NCBI GenBank assembly: GCA_963703285.1 | Contig: OY969807.1 | Location: 480,001-544,000 of the forward strand | Reading direction: 5' to 3' | Length of the DNA: 64,000 bases | Origin: an uncultured Nitrososphaerota archaeon | GTDB lineage: Archaea; Thermoproteota; Nitrososphaeria; Nitrososphaerales; Gagatemarchaeaceae | The notes under the pieces: model-generated | What the model saw: only the letters and a program-made list of their open reading frames with translations | The model's database searches: none | Told to the model about the DNA's origin: nothing | Part shown: positions 52,114-61,406 of the stretch, piece after piece | How the letters are laid out: each line of letters opens with the position of its first letter | Position numbering within the stretch: position 1 is the stretch's first letter | Made by a program: the position numbers and the translations under genes

Positions 52114-52930
52114 TTGAGCGACGAACCGGCCTACTTCCCGCGGAAGATAAACGTCGTAATCCCGCTGGGCGAGTCGGTCTGCCAATTCATAGTCATCGGA
52201 AAGGACGAAATCGGCGCGCTCGCCAGGATCACCGAGGTGATGGCCAAGCATGGCGTGAATCTCGTCAGCGGAGGTACCTACGACGCTGGCACGACGGGCG
52301 AGTTCCTCTTCAACTTCTTCGGAGAGCTGGCAGAGTGCGACGTCTCTGCCGAAGCCCTCTCTTCCGAGCTGAGAACCCTCCCATTCGTCTCGAGGGTCAG
52401 CGTCTCGCAGGGAGACGAGGCCGTCTACGACCGTCAAATGTTCCCGGTCGTGCTCTTCGAGAACAATCGTGCCGTGATACTCACCGCCGACTCTATGACG
52501 TTCATAGAGCGCGACCTCCAGAAGCAGATCGGGAAGCAGGGACAACAGGTCCTCTTCGAGGTCGGGAGGTCAAGCGCATTGAGCATCGCAGCGCTCCACA
52601 AGAACATGATTCCCGAAGCAGACAGGGAGACCCTGCTCAAGACGGCGTGCGACGACGTGCGCGAGGGGCTGGGGGCTCGTCAGCTACGAGGTCCCTAAGG
52701 AAGCGGGCGAAAAGACGAAGGTGACCGTCAAGGAGCCCCTCTTCGCAGGGATACCAGGGGTGCAGGAGAGCTGGTGGCTGATGGGCCTCGCGTCAGGCTT
52801 CCTCGAAGGGGTGTACGGCCACAGGACTGTCGTCTCGGGACGGACCACCTTCGACGCCAAGACACGAGCCTTCGCGTTCGACTTGGTCGAGTTCAGCCCA
52901 GATTCGAGGTCGAACCGGGATCTCGTGTGA
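52114..52930 (+). CDS. ACT + V4R-like domain protein (frameshift near 52660)
   Basis: DEIGALARITEVMAKHGVNL; shifted frame gives RGWG...GFLEGVYG. Confidence 0.7.
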
Positions 52931-53190
52931 GCGACCAGGAGGACAGCGGAGGCGCGCCGATAACGCTCAACGGGGACGGGGTCGTGGTCCTGGAGCCCAA
53001 CGTGGCAGCCACCCAGACCTCCTCGGGTGCCAAGGCGACGACGTCCCAGGGCGCCTCGTCGACTACCTCTTCGACGACGGGGAGCCCATCCTCCTCGACC
53101 TCCCCTTACCTCCTCGGGGCCGGGATCGCGGCCCTGGCGGCGATAATCATCGTGGGCTCCTATGCAGGCCTGAGGACAAGGCGAGCCTAG
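52927..53190 (+). CDS. Short Ser/Thr-rich protein with C-terminal TM anchor; possible remnant of a surface-protein gene
   Basis: S/T linker, TM and RTRRA tail but no signal peptide. Confidence 0.45.
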   Translation: MSDQEDSGGAPITLNGDGVVVLEPNVAATQTSSGAKATTSQGASSTTSSTTGSPSSSTSPYLLGAGIAALAAIIIVGSYAGLRTRRA

Positions 53191-53263
53191 GCTCATCTCC
53201 TGCAAGCCTGGATAAGGTCCGCGGCGATGCCCGTAGTGCGCAGAGCCTGCAGGGTGACAATCA

Positions 53264-53287
53264 AGCTCGATATCGAGGTCGATATCA
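53264..53287 (+). repeat. AGCTCGATAT-type 12-bp-period tandem motif, copy 1
   Basis: AGCTCGATATCGAGGTCGATATCA; similar at 57925 and 59668. Confidence 0.55.
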
Positions 53288-53361
53288 CCCCTCCCCTGCG
53301 GAGGGACCTCCTCAAGGAAACTACGCGTTGGCCTTAAGTATCCATAGAACCTATTGCCCTA

Positions 53362-53637
53362 ATGGAATCAATGAATTCGACCACCATAACCATCTCTGAC
53401 AAGACCCGCCGCGAGCTCCTTCGGGTCGCGGGCGAGCTCCAATCAAGGACTGGGAAGAAGGTCGACTACGAAGAAGTGATCGAGTATCTCCTACTCAGGA
53501 CGCGGAAAAGACCCGACCTGCTGCGGAGAGCGACGGCTGCAAAGGGGATAGGGGCCGCGGAGCTCCAGAGGGTCCTCCAGGAGGGCATGGCGGAAGACCG
53601 CAAGCGAGAAGAAGAACTTGAGCGACGATACGGCTAA
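53362..53637 (+). CDS. VapB-like antitoxin
   Basis: TTITISDKTRREL...YEEVIEYLL; overlaps downstream PIN gene. Confidence 0.8.
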   Translation: MESMNSTTITISDKTRRELLRVAGELQSRTGKKVDYEEVIEYLLLRTRKRPDLLRRATAAKGIGAAELQRVLQEGMAEDRKREEELERRYG

Positions 53638-54046
53638 GGGTCCCCTGGCCCTCGATTCGAGCGTACTGGTGGCGATGCTTGACGGAAGCGACGGCGGGGC
53701 TGCGATGACGAGCCGTCTTGTCGGCGGGGAAGTGACAGCCTTCACGAGCTACGTGAACCTTGCGGAAGCGGAGTACGTCCTCTGCCGGAGGCTCGGGCAT
53801 GACGTCGCCGCAAGATCGGTAGACGACCTGCTGGCCTCAGGTTACGTCATGGTACAGGATGAACCGGCTATCCACAGAGCCGCTTCGGCCATAAAGTGCG
53901 GGAGGGCGATATCGCTCGCTGACTGCTACACGCTGGCCGTCGCGGAGGCAACCTCCTCGAGACCGATGTTCGCTTTCAAAGAGCGCGAGCTGCTGAAGGA
54001 GATGGAGAAGAAGCCCTTCGCGAGCCAGCCCGTCTTCCTGGAATAG
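53618..54046 (+). CDS. vapC: PIN-domain (VapC) toxin
   Basis: LDSSVLVA, NLAEAEY and ISLADCY. Confidence 0.88.
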   Translation: MSDDTAKGPLALDSSVLVAMLDGSDGGAAMTSRLVGGEVTAFTSYVNLAEAEYVLCRRLGHDVAARSVDDLLASGYVMVQDEPAIHRAASAIKCGRAISLADCYTLAVAEATSSRPMFAFKERELLKEMEKKPFASQPVFLE

Positions 54047-54114
54047 CCTCAATCCGACGCGGCATCGTAGTAGAGCCGGATTCGTTCGGGGCTGAAAAAG
54101 GAGCTCAAAACGAG

Positions 54115-55113
54115 CTATTTGGTCGCGCGAGTCAGACTTTTGAGGCGTGGTTCACCTGAATGGGCCCTATCCCACCACTCACGCAAGAAATATCGAGTAA
54201 CCAGAGATTCGTCATCGGCGTACACTTTTCCCTCTTTAACGAGCCGACTACCCAGCACGCCTGCCACCTCGTGCCTGTTCGCTGTAATCTGCCATCTTGC
54301 ATACAACCTGTTGGATATCTCGCCGGCGTTAAGACCTTGCTCGTGAGTGAGAAGCATTAGTACGTAATGCGCCAGTCTGGTACGCCTCTTTTCGTCGTGG
54401 TACTTGTCAAAGAGAGAGCCCTCAATCTTGACCAGTTGCCCCTCATCGGTTCCGATTACGATTCCTTCTCCTGCAACGTGCCCCGGGATTAGCTTCCTTA
54501 TCTTTCCCTCCTTTATCAAGGCCTCCACGATGCCTGCGACTTTCGACCTGTTACGCTTGCTTGGTTCAAGCCCAAGTTCTGTCACGAGACGGCTCGTGGT
54601 TGAAGCTCGTTCCTGAAGGATTTGTTCGACGAGCCGCTTTTGCTCAGCGTAGACCCAGTGCCATCGGGGAAGGCCGTCAGAAGCCTTTCTTATCAGATGA
54701 CTCAGTGTAGCCTGGTTTACCTCATCCGGCGCCTTTTGCAAGACGGCATCAAGGCTCAGGTCTCTGCCCGAGAGGACGTAGACTCCCCACGATGAAGCGA
54801 GCTGTAGGTCTCGGGAGCTCGCGGGCACGAGATCGCTCCATATCATCACAGGAGTAAGTTCGTGGTTCCCGCTCTTCATGTCTATCAGTTTCAAGAGCAT
54901 GCTGTAGAACTTCTCGACGTGTTGCACGCTGCTCTTGTTGCGGCCTGTGTGCTTGACTCTTCGGCTGCAAGCTTCGATGACGAGCTTCCTGCTTTCGGAG
55001 TAAAGATTGGCGACCCAGGACTTGCCCTTTCCTTGAATTGGATACTCGGGAATCAGATCAGGGACAGTTTTCTTAAGCGCCTCTAACAGCCCAACTTCGT
55101 ACTCGGAGGGCAA
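54115..55113 (-). CDS. Hypothetical protein: PD-(D/E)XK-like N-terminus plus winged-helix domains; AT-richer than flanks
   Basis: SEYE...PEYPI...VANLY...LVIEAC; C-terminal wHTH-like segments. Confidence 0.55.
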   Translation of the reverse strand: MPSEYEVGLLEALKKTVPDLIPEYPIQGKGKSWVANLYSESRKLVIEACSRRVKHTGRNKSSVQHVEKFYSMLLKLIDMKSGNHELTPVMIWSDLVPASSRDLQLASSWGVYVLSGRDLSLDAVLQKAPDEVNQATLSHLIRKASDGLPRWHWVYAEQKRLVEQILQERASTTSRLVTELGLEPSKRNRSKVAGIVEALIKEGKIRKLIPGHVAGEGIVIGTDEGQLVKIEGSLFDKYHDEKRRTRLAHYVLMLLTHEQGLNAGEISNRLYARWQITANRHEVAGVLGSRLVKEGKVYADDESLVTRYFLREWWDRAHSGEPRLKSLTRATK

Positions 55114-55274
55114 AGCATGGTGTGTATATTTTTGGTCTATATATTCATCACTAAAATAATCGAGCCTGACATGGCCTGATTAACCTGTATGGGGATGGTG
55201 TCACACGCCGCGAAACGCCTTTGGCCACGCTCAGCGACGCGTGGGGCTTAAATGCGAGCCAAGACTCTCCCTAT

Positions 55275-55577
55275 ATGTCTGACGAGGCTGACGGCAAGAC
55301 CAGGATGACGATCAACGTCACCATACCCGTAGAGCTTCGCGTCAAGCTGATTGAATTGGGCATCTCACCGGCTGATGTTGCCAAGAGGGCGCTGATGTCC
55401 GCCGTAAGCAAGCACGACAAGAGGGATAGAAAACGGAACAGAAGACTTCAGCTCGAAGCTGTGCAACGGATGGATCCTAGGGTAAAGGATAGCGAGCTGG
55501 CAACCTCTGCTAGGGCCAGACGTCTAAGACGAATCGTCTCCGTAAAGGACCCAACAGTTCAATCAGATACCCTGTAG
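55275..55577 (+). CDS. Small RHH-like DNA-binding/antitoxin-like protein
   Basis: TINVTIPVELRVKL.ELGISPADVAKRAL. Confidence 0.55.
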   Translation: MSDEADGKTRMTINVTIPVELRVKLIELGISPADVAKRALMSAVSKHDKRDRKRNRRLQLEAVQRMDPRVKDSELATSARARRLRRIVSVKDPTVQSDTL

Positions 55578-55739
55578 GAACACTGGGTAGTGCGATTTTT
55601 TTGCCCGGGCAGCCAGGGTGCCGCTTTGCTCCTACGAGCGTGTTTATGTCCCTCCAGGATACACTATACGTTTAGAGGGCGTCACTTGCGGTGTTCCCCT
55701 GCAAGGGAACTCGCTGAAAACGCTGAAAATTGCAGTTTT

Positions 55740-55808
55740 TCAGTTCAGGCGAAGTTGACGCCCTCCGGGCCGCGCAAGTGCCCGTCGCTGGTAGCTGTCG
55801 ATGCTCAT
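55740..55808 (-). pseudogene. Probable truncated VapC remnant (MSIDSY...)
   Basis: ATG coupled to the AbrB gene stop (TGATG); first residues resemble PIN strand 1, then stops after 22 codons. Confidence 0.45.
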
Positions 55809-56026
55809 CACGTTCGGTCCTGCTCGTCCCGTAGACCCTTGCTGTCCAGTCCGGGGTCGATGCCCTTCGCGTCCCTGATCGGCCTCACCCGGACGTATTG
55901 CAGCACCCCGTGCTTGGTAAGCACCATCATCTCGTCCCCAGGTTTTATCCCCGCTTCGCGGCGGATGCTCTCGGGTATCACTACCTGGTACCTCTTAGAG
56001 ACCTTGGCCGTGGAGGTCGATGCCAT
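55808..56026 (-). CDS. AbrB/MazE-family antitoxin
   Basis: KVSKRYQVVIPESIRREAGIKPGDE. Confidence 0.88.
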   Translation of the reverse strand: MASTSTAKVSKRYQVVIPESIRREAGIKPGDEMMVLTKHGVLQYVRVRPIRDAKGIDPGLDSKGLRDEQDRT

Positions 56027-56174
56027 ATCTGTGATAAAATGGCCTTTCGGTATAAGCGCTGCTCCCCCCGGCTTCTTCGAGCTGGGCCCGGCGGCGGGAA
56101 GGAGAATATCGGCGTTGAATTTCAACGAGGGCGTTGACGAGGTATTATCAGGAAAGCACCACATTGTCGGTGCG

Positions 56175-56930
56175 TTGGGACCAAAACAGAGGAGCTGGGT
56201 TGCAGGTCTGCTCGCATCGGGATTCGTCATCGGTCTGCTCTTCCTCAGCAGCGCGACGGCCGTTACCTCCGGCGCGCCGGGCATCCCCAACGGCACCTCG
56301 GGCAGCCTGAGCATGAGCTCCTCGACCACCACCGCGACAGAGACGGTGACCTTGATGTGCTCCGCGAGCCCGCAGACACAGCAGGTGGGGCTTCCCGTCA
56401 AGTTCACGGCGACCGCGAGCGGAGCAGACTTCGTGTCGTTCAGCTGGAACTTTGCCGACAACTCCGCCTACGGTAGCGGAAACCCCGTGAACCACACGTA
56501 CTCGAGGACGGGCACGCTTACGGTGACCGTGACCGCCAAGACGGCTCCCGGTCCGAACCAGATAACGGCGGGCGCCTCCTGCCCCGTCAACATCATCCCG
56601 AAGTATCTCAACGTGGGTGTCTCGGTGATCCCGATGACGGGCCCCTCGCCTCTGGTGTTTAACGTCACGATCAAGATAAGCAACGGAGTGGCGCCCTACA
56701 ACATCTACATCGCGCTCTCCGACTGGCAGGGTCAGGTAGTCAGTTCGTCCAACGGCTCGATCAATAGCAACAGCTACACGACGCTGTGGCGGGTAACGCC
56801 CCCCGGGATGTACATGCTCTATGTCAAGGTGACCGACGCGAGAGGGGCGACCTTCTCGACGAACATCTCCTTCATCGAAGTGTTCCAGCCCCCGCCGAAC
56901 CCCGGACCGCCCTTCGCGAAGCCACTCTAG
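56175..56930 (+). CDS. Secreted PKD-domain protein
   Basis: Signal peptide; SWNFADNS...HTYSRTG; second PKD-like repeat. Confidence 0.8.
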   Translation: MGPKQRSWVAGLLASGFVIGLLFLSSATAVTSGAPGIPNGTSGSLSMSSSTTTATETVTLMCSASPQTQQVGLPVKFTATASGADFVSFSWNFADNSAYGSGNPVNHTYSRTGTLTVTVTAKTAPGPNQITAGASCPVNIIPKYLNVGVSVIPMTGPSPLVFNVTIKISNGVAPYNIYIALSDWQGQVVSSSNGSINSNSYTTLWRVTPPGMYMLYVKVTDARGATFSTNISFIEVFQPPPNPGPPFAKPL

Positions 56931-57064
56931 CGGCCTCGTCTCTCCTCCGCTCCGACGAGGTGGAGGTGCTCTTCGGGCCGGATTAGAGCCTCCTATGGAA
57001 TTTCTGACTTCGCTTAAATCCGCAGCGAACCTTCGAACCCCCGCCCGCAATGGGGACATGAAGC

Positions 57065-57889
57065 TTGGAGCCATCGGAGCTCGACGTCACGAGGCTTTTC
57101 TTCGACCTGGCCAGTGACGATAGGCTCGTCCTGCTGGGCGAACTGGGCGCCGGCAGCCAGCGGGTGACGAAGCTCGCGGCGAAGATCTCCGCGTCGACCC
57201 AGGAGACCTCCAAGCACCTCTCCCGGCTCCAGGAGTCGCGCCTCGTCGATAGAGGCAGCGACGGCACCTTCTCGCTGACGGCCATCGGGAAGACCATCGT
57301 CCAGCTGCTCCCGCCGTTCAGGCTTCTCGTGGAGCACGAAGGTTACTTCCTTGGCCATGACCTCTCGCACCTTCCCGCCGGGTTCGTGGGCCGGCTCGGC
57401 GAGCTCTCTAGCTGCACGTTCGCCCGGTACACGGGAGAGGTCCTGGGCTTCTATGAGCGGGTGGTCGAAGAGGCGGGAGACCACATCTGGGTCATGATGG
57501 ACCACCAGCTGAGGACGAACAGCGAAATCGTGGAGGCACTGTCGGAGCGCCGCGTAGCGATACGGTACATGGTCCCCGAGAGCGATGACGTCAGGAGGGA
57601 CTACGAGGAGGCGAAAGCGATCCTGGGAGACCTGCTGGAGGTCAGGCTCAACGGGAGCGTGCCGGCCTCCGTGCTAATGGACGAGAAGGTGGCCGGCATC
57701 GCCTTCGCCGACCTCACGGGGAAGATCGATTACAACACGGGCTTCTGGAGCACGGACGCTCGGTTCCGTCGCTGGTGCGCTGACCTGTTCCAGTTCCACT
57801 GGGAGAGGGCGCGGACGCTAAGCCCACCGCGAAGCGCCCCTGTGACGTCGATGGGGTACGCGCTCGCAGGCGACCCTCCGGAGACCTGA
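57065..57889 (+). CDS. ArsR-like winged-helix transcription regulator with C-terminal effector domain (DUF1724-like)
   Basis: LFFDLASDDRL, QETSKHLSRL and F..WCADLFQFHWE. Confidence 0.85.
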   Translation: MEPSELDVTRLFFDLASDDRLVLLGELGAGSQRVTKLAAKISASTQETSKHLSRLQESRLVDRGSDGTFSLTAIGKTIVQLLPPFRLLVEHEGYFLGHDLSHLPAGFVGRLGELSSCTFARYTGEVLGFYERVVEEAGDHIWVMMDHQLRTNSEIVEALSERRVAIRYMVPESDDVRRDYEEAKAILGDLLEVRLNGSVPASVLMDEKVAGIAFADLTGKIDYNTGFWSTDARFRRWCADLFQFHWERARTLSPPRSAPVTSMGYALAGDPPET

Positions 57890-57924
57890 GAAAGCGCTTG
57901 GGAGATGGACCGCGCCGCCCCTCC

Positions 57925-57946
57925 AGCTCGATATCAAGCTCGATGC
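57925..57946 (+). repeat. AGCTCGATAT-type tandem motif, copy 2
   Basis: CTCCAGCTCGATATCAAGCTCGATGC. Confidence 0.55.
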
Positions 57947-58009
57947 GGGAGGGGCCGCTCGAAGAAGCTCCCTTAGGCTTAATAGCATATGTGATAACGG
58001 GTGCACCAC

Positions 58010-59656
58010 TTGGCTGTTAGGGTAAGCAAATCCAAGCCTCTAGCTATATGCGTCGCCGCTGTCCTCTTCGTCCTCCTGCTCGGCATCTCGCCCCAGGCCA
58101 TGGCGTTCACCAACGGCCAGGCCGCGATAACCGCGATAGGGCAGTCCAACCTCACCTCCGGCTCCGATAACAACGGTAACGGCTTCAACGCGGTCTCCAA
58201 CGGGGTTCTCGAACCTCGCGATATAGCGTTTGACTCCCACGGCGACCTCTGGATAGCGGACACCGACAACAACAGGGTGCTCGAGTTCGTGCCCGGCACC
58301 GGGAGTTGCTCGATGGGTGTCCTGTGCACCGACATGGGGGCCAGCATCGTGATCGGGCAGAACAGCATGACCGCGAGGAACATCAACGAGGGGGCCGACG
58401 CGCCGAACTCCTCCTCCCTGAACTCTCCCTACGACATCGCGTTTGACTCCGGCGGGAACCTCTGGGTGGTCGACAGCAGCAACAACAGGATCCTCGAGTT
58501 CACGTATCCGTTCTCCGACGGGGAGGTGGCCAGCGTCGTGATAGGCCAGTCTACCTTCAATACGGGTCCGGGAGACGAGTCAGCGGGAGCGGCCGGGCTC
58601 AGCGTCCCCACGGCGCTCGCCTTCGATTCCGGCGGCGACCTGTGGGTCTCGGACAGGGGGAACAGCCGGGCCGTCGAGTTCGTCCCCGGGACGAGTGGGT
58701 GCTCATCGGGCCACCTCTGCACGGGAATGAGCGCGAGTATCGTGATAGGCCAGACGGGCTTCGGGTCGAGTACCGAGGGTCGCACGGCGACGACGATGTA
58801 CGAACCGTACGGCCTCGGCTTCGACCCCAGCGGGGACCTCTGGGTGCTCGACAGCGACAACGGCAGAGTCCTGGAGTACGTACCAGGCACTTCGCCGTGC
58901 TCCTCGGACCAGTTCTGCACCGGCATGCCGGCGAGCGTCGTGCTGAGCGAGCCGAACCTGACGAGCGGCTCGGGGAACCTATGCAAGCCCGAGACGCTCA
59001 ACGACACGGCGGAGTGCGGCGGGCAGGGCATGGCGTTCGACTCGAACGGGGACCTGTGGGTCGCGGACTCGTTCAACGACAGGGTCCTCGAGTACGTGCC
59101 GGGGACGAGCGGTTGCTCAACGGGACAGCTCTGCACCGATATGGCCGCGAGCGTCGTGATAGGCCAGGCGAACTTCATGGGTTCCGGCGAGGCCACCACG
59201 GCGGCGGGGCTCAGCGACCCGTACGGCGTGGCGTTCGACCTGAGCGGGAACCTCTGGGTCTCAGACTACAACAACAACAGGATCCTTGAGTACCAGGGCT
59301 CGGAGTCTACTAGCAGCTCGTCGAGCAGCGCTTCGAGCAGCTCGTCGTCCACGACCTCGAGCTCGTCGACGACGTCCTCGTCCATCATATCGACAGAGAT
59401 CTTGAGTGCGAGCGCGCCGGTCTGCCCCAGCACCATCGGCGGGACCTACATGCCGGTGGGCGCCACCTTCACGGATAGCTACGGCAACACATGGACGGCC
59501 CCGGGTGGCACCGCCGACGGCGGAGTATTCAGCAGCTACTTCTTCACGGGCCCTGAGCCGAATATCCCAGCGCCCATGCTCCAGGGATGGGGAGGCGTCT
59601 ACGGCACGTACCTCGGCCAACAGGGCTGGATAGTCACCTTCTACTGCGCAGATTGA
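58010..59656 (+). CDS. Secreted NHL-repeat beta-propeller protein with shared C-terminal module
   Basis: Signal peptide; six FD..G(D/N)LW..D..N.R..E repeats; Ser linker; C-terminal GWGGVYGTY..QQGWIVTFYC. Confidence 0.9.
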   Translation: MAVRVSKSKPLAICVAAVLFVLLLGISPQAMAFTNGQAAITAIGQSNLTSGSDNNGNGFNAVSNGVLEPRDIAFDSHGDLWIADTDNNRVLEFVPGTGSCSMGVLCTDMGASIVIGQNSMTARNINEGADAPNSSSLNSPYDIAFDSGGNLWVVDSSNNRILEFTYPFSDGEVASVVIGQSTFNTGPGDESAGAAGLSVPTALAFDSGGDLWVSDRGNSRAVEFVPGTSGCSSGHLCTGMSASIVIGQTGFGSSTEGRTATTMYEPYGLGFDPSGDLWVLDSDNGRVLEYVPGTSPCSSDQFCTGMPASVVLSEPNLTSGSGNLCKPETLNDTAECGGQGMAFDSNGDLWVADSFNDRVLEYVPGTSGCSTGQLCTDMAASVVIGQANFMGSGEATTAAGLSDPYGVAFDLSGNLWVSDYNNNRILEYQGSESTSSSSSSASSSSSSTTSSSSTTSSSIISTEILSASAPVCPSTIGGTYMPVGATFTDSYGNTWTAPGGTADGGVFSSYFFTGPEPNIPAPMLQGWGGVYGTYLGQQGWIVTFYCAD

Positions 59657-59667
59657 GCGAGCTCTCC

Positions 59668-59692
59668 AGCTCGATAACGAGCTCGATATCGA
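59668..59692 (+). repeat. AGCTCGATAT-type tandem motif, copy 3
   Basis: CTCCAGCTCGATAACGAGCTCGATATCGA. Confidence 0.55.
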
Positions 59693-59740
59693 ACCCCACT
59701 CCGGAATTATATATACCGCCGAATCTGACTTCGCTCCGGT

Positions 59741-60208
59741 ATGACGAGGATCGAGTCCGCCGTCCAGATCGAGGCGCCCATGGAAGTTGTCTGGGAAGTC
59801 CTCACGGACACCTCGTACATTGTGAAGCTCTTCCGGGACGCCGTGATGGTCACCGCGGACCCACCCGGCCGGTCGCAGGTCGGCCAGAAGTACCACCTGG
59901 TCGGAAAGGCGGGGAGGAGGCGGGTCGAGTTCTTCCTCGAGGTGACCGAGCTGGTCCCGGAGAGCGTGGTCGTTACGCGGCAGTTACCGGGAGGGCTCTT
60001 CAAGAGGTTCATGCAGAAGACCGTCCTCGAGGCGGACGCCGGGATGACGAGGGCGGTGACCGTCTTCGACTACGAGCTCTCGCTGAGCTACATCGGCAAG
60101 GCGCTGAACATCATCCTGGTTGAGAGGCTCGTGAAGGACAACCTGATCTCGTACTCCAACACCCTCAAGGAGCTCTCGGAGCTTCTGCCGCTTCCCGGCG
60201 GGACCTAG
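59741..60208 (+). CDS. SRPBCC (START-like) family protein 1
   Basis: IEAPMEVVWEVLTD; C-terminal helix LKELSE. Confidence 0.88.
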   Translation: MTRIESAVQIEAPMEVVWEVLTDTSYIVKLFRDAVMVTADPPGRSQVGQKYHLVGKAGRRRVEFFLEVTELVPESVVVTRQLPGGLFKRFMQKTVLEADAGMTRAVTVFDYELSLSYIGKALNIILVERLVKDNLISYSNTLKELSELLPLPGGT

Positions 60209-60262
60209 CAGCAACCACATCCTGGTCGCGTCTGGAAGCTCCCGCTGAGGAGCTTAGCTGGC

Positions 60263-60319
60263 GATAACCTGAGGTCGTAGGCGCGGAACCTGAGGAGATT
60301 TTCGAGCCCGTCCCCATTG
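60263..60319 (+). pseudogene. Degraded 3' end of an SRPBCC paralog
   Basis: Reads DNLRS*ARNL then, after a one-base shift, EIFEPVPI; matches paralog C-termini. Confidence 0.55.
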
Positions 60320-60375
60320 GTGATTGAGAACGCGGTAGCAAGCCCTATTAGTTGACGCGGGCCGGGAACGGTCCC

Positions 60376-60837
60376 ATGGAGCGGGTCCAGGTGACTCTTC
60401 TGGTGGAGGCCGGGCCCGAGGCGGTCTGGGCTGTCCTGATGGACCCCAACTTCATCCCGAAGCTCTACCCGGACATGCTCAACATCTCCGTCGATCCGCC
60501 GGGGAGGACCGCGGTCGGGCAGTACCGCACCCTCGGCGGGAGGGTGGGGAAGAGGCTGATCGAGTTCAGGACCAGGGTTGCCGAGCTCGTGCCGCTGAGG
60601 AGGTTCGTGATAACCGGGAGGAGGGGCGGGGCGCTTGAGAGCTTCCAAGAGGTCCTGGAGCTGGAGGCGGTGGACGAGGGGACGATAGTCAGGGCCTCCT
60701 TCGAGTTCAAGGTCTCCCAGGCGTACTTCGGGCCCGGGTTCGACTACCAGGCCCTCTCGCAGGCCGCCAGGCTCAACGAGGAGCTCTACGTGAAGAACCT
60801 GAAGGAGCTTTCGGAGCTCAAGCCCCCGAGCCCGTAG
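60376..60837 (+). CDS. SRPBCC family protein 2
   Basis: VEAGPEAVWAVLMDP..IPKLYP; NLKELSE. Confidence 0.88.
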   Translation: MERVQVTLLVEAGPEAVWAVLMDPNFIPKLYPDMLNISVDPPGRTAVGQYRTLGGRVGKRLIEFRTRVAELVPLRRFVITGRRGGALESFQEVLELEAVDEGTIVRASFEFKVSQAYFGPGFDYQALSQAARLNEELYVKNLKELSELKPPSP

Positions 60838-60916
60838 CCTTTGTCCCGTCCCGACGCTCTCGCGAGGCGACCCCATCCTCCCAATTATATAGTCTGGGCA
60901 AGGATTAGCACGCAGG

Positions 60917-61376
60917 TTGAAGGCCGAAGACGCGTTTGAGATCGACTCCCCGCGCTGGACGGTCTGGAAGGTCCTGGTCGACCCGTCGTACATCCCGAAA
61001 CTGTTCCCCGAGATCATAACCGTCGAGATGGACCCGCCGGGCGAGATAAGGGTCGGCTCGAAGGCCAAGGTGTACGGCAAGATAGGCAAGATCAGGTTCG
61101 AGATCCACCTCGAGTTCCCGAGGGTCGACACCGAGGCCTGCCTCATGAGCAGGCAGCTGCCGGGCGGCCTCTTCAGAGCTTTCAGCCAGGCCGTCTACCT
61201 CGAGGCGGTGGGCATGACCACACGGGTGAGGACGAGCTTCGAGTTCGCGCTCGATCCTGAGTACGCCGCGAAGGTCACCGACGTCTCGCTCTTCGAGCAG
61301 ACGGTGACCAACAACCTCCACGCGTACCGCGCGCAACCTGAAGGAGATCTGCGAGCTGCTACCGCTGCCTAGCTGA
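60917..61376 (+). CDS. SRPBCC family protein 3 (one-base frameshift near 61329)
   Basis: VWKVLVDPSYIPKLFP; removing one C gives YARNLKEICELLPLPS*. Confidence 0.85.
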
Positions 61377-61406
61377 AACCTTCGCAAGAGGGCAGCCTGA
61401 CGACTA

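Noticed and set aside
58200-59290. Periodic DNA repeats that might be a CRISPR array or DGR template/variable repeats
   Set aside because: They are in-frame NHL protein repeats; there are no spacers, no reverse transcriptase in the window, and no evident adenine-specific mismatch pattern.
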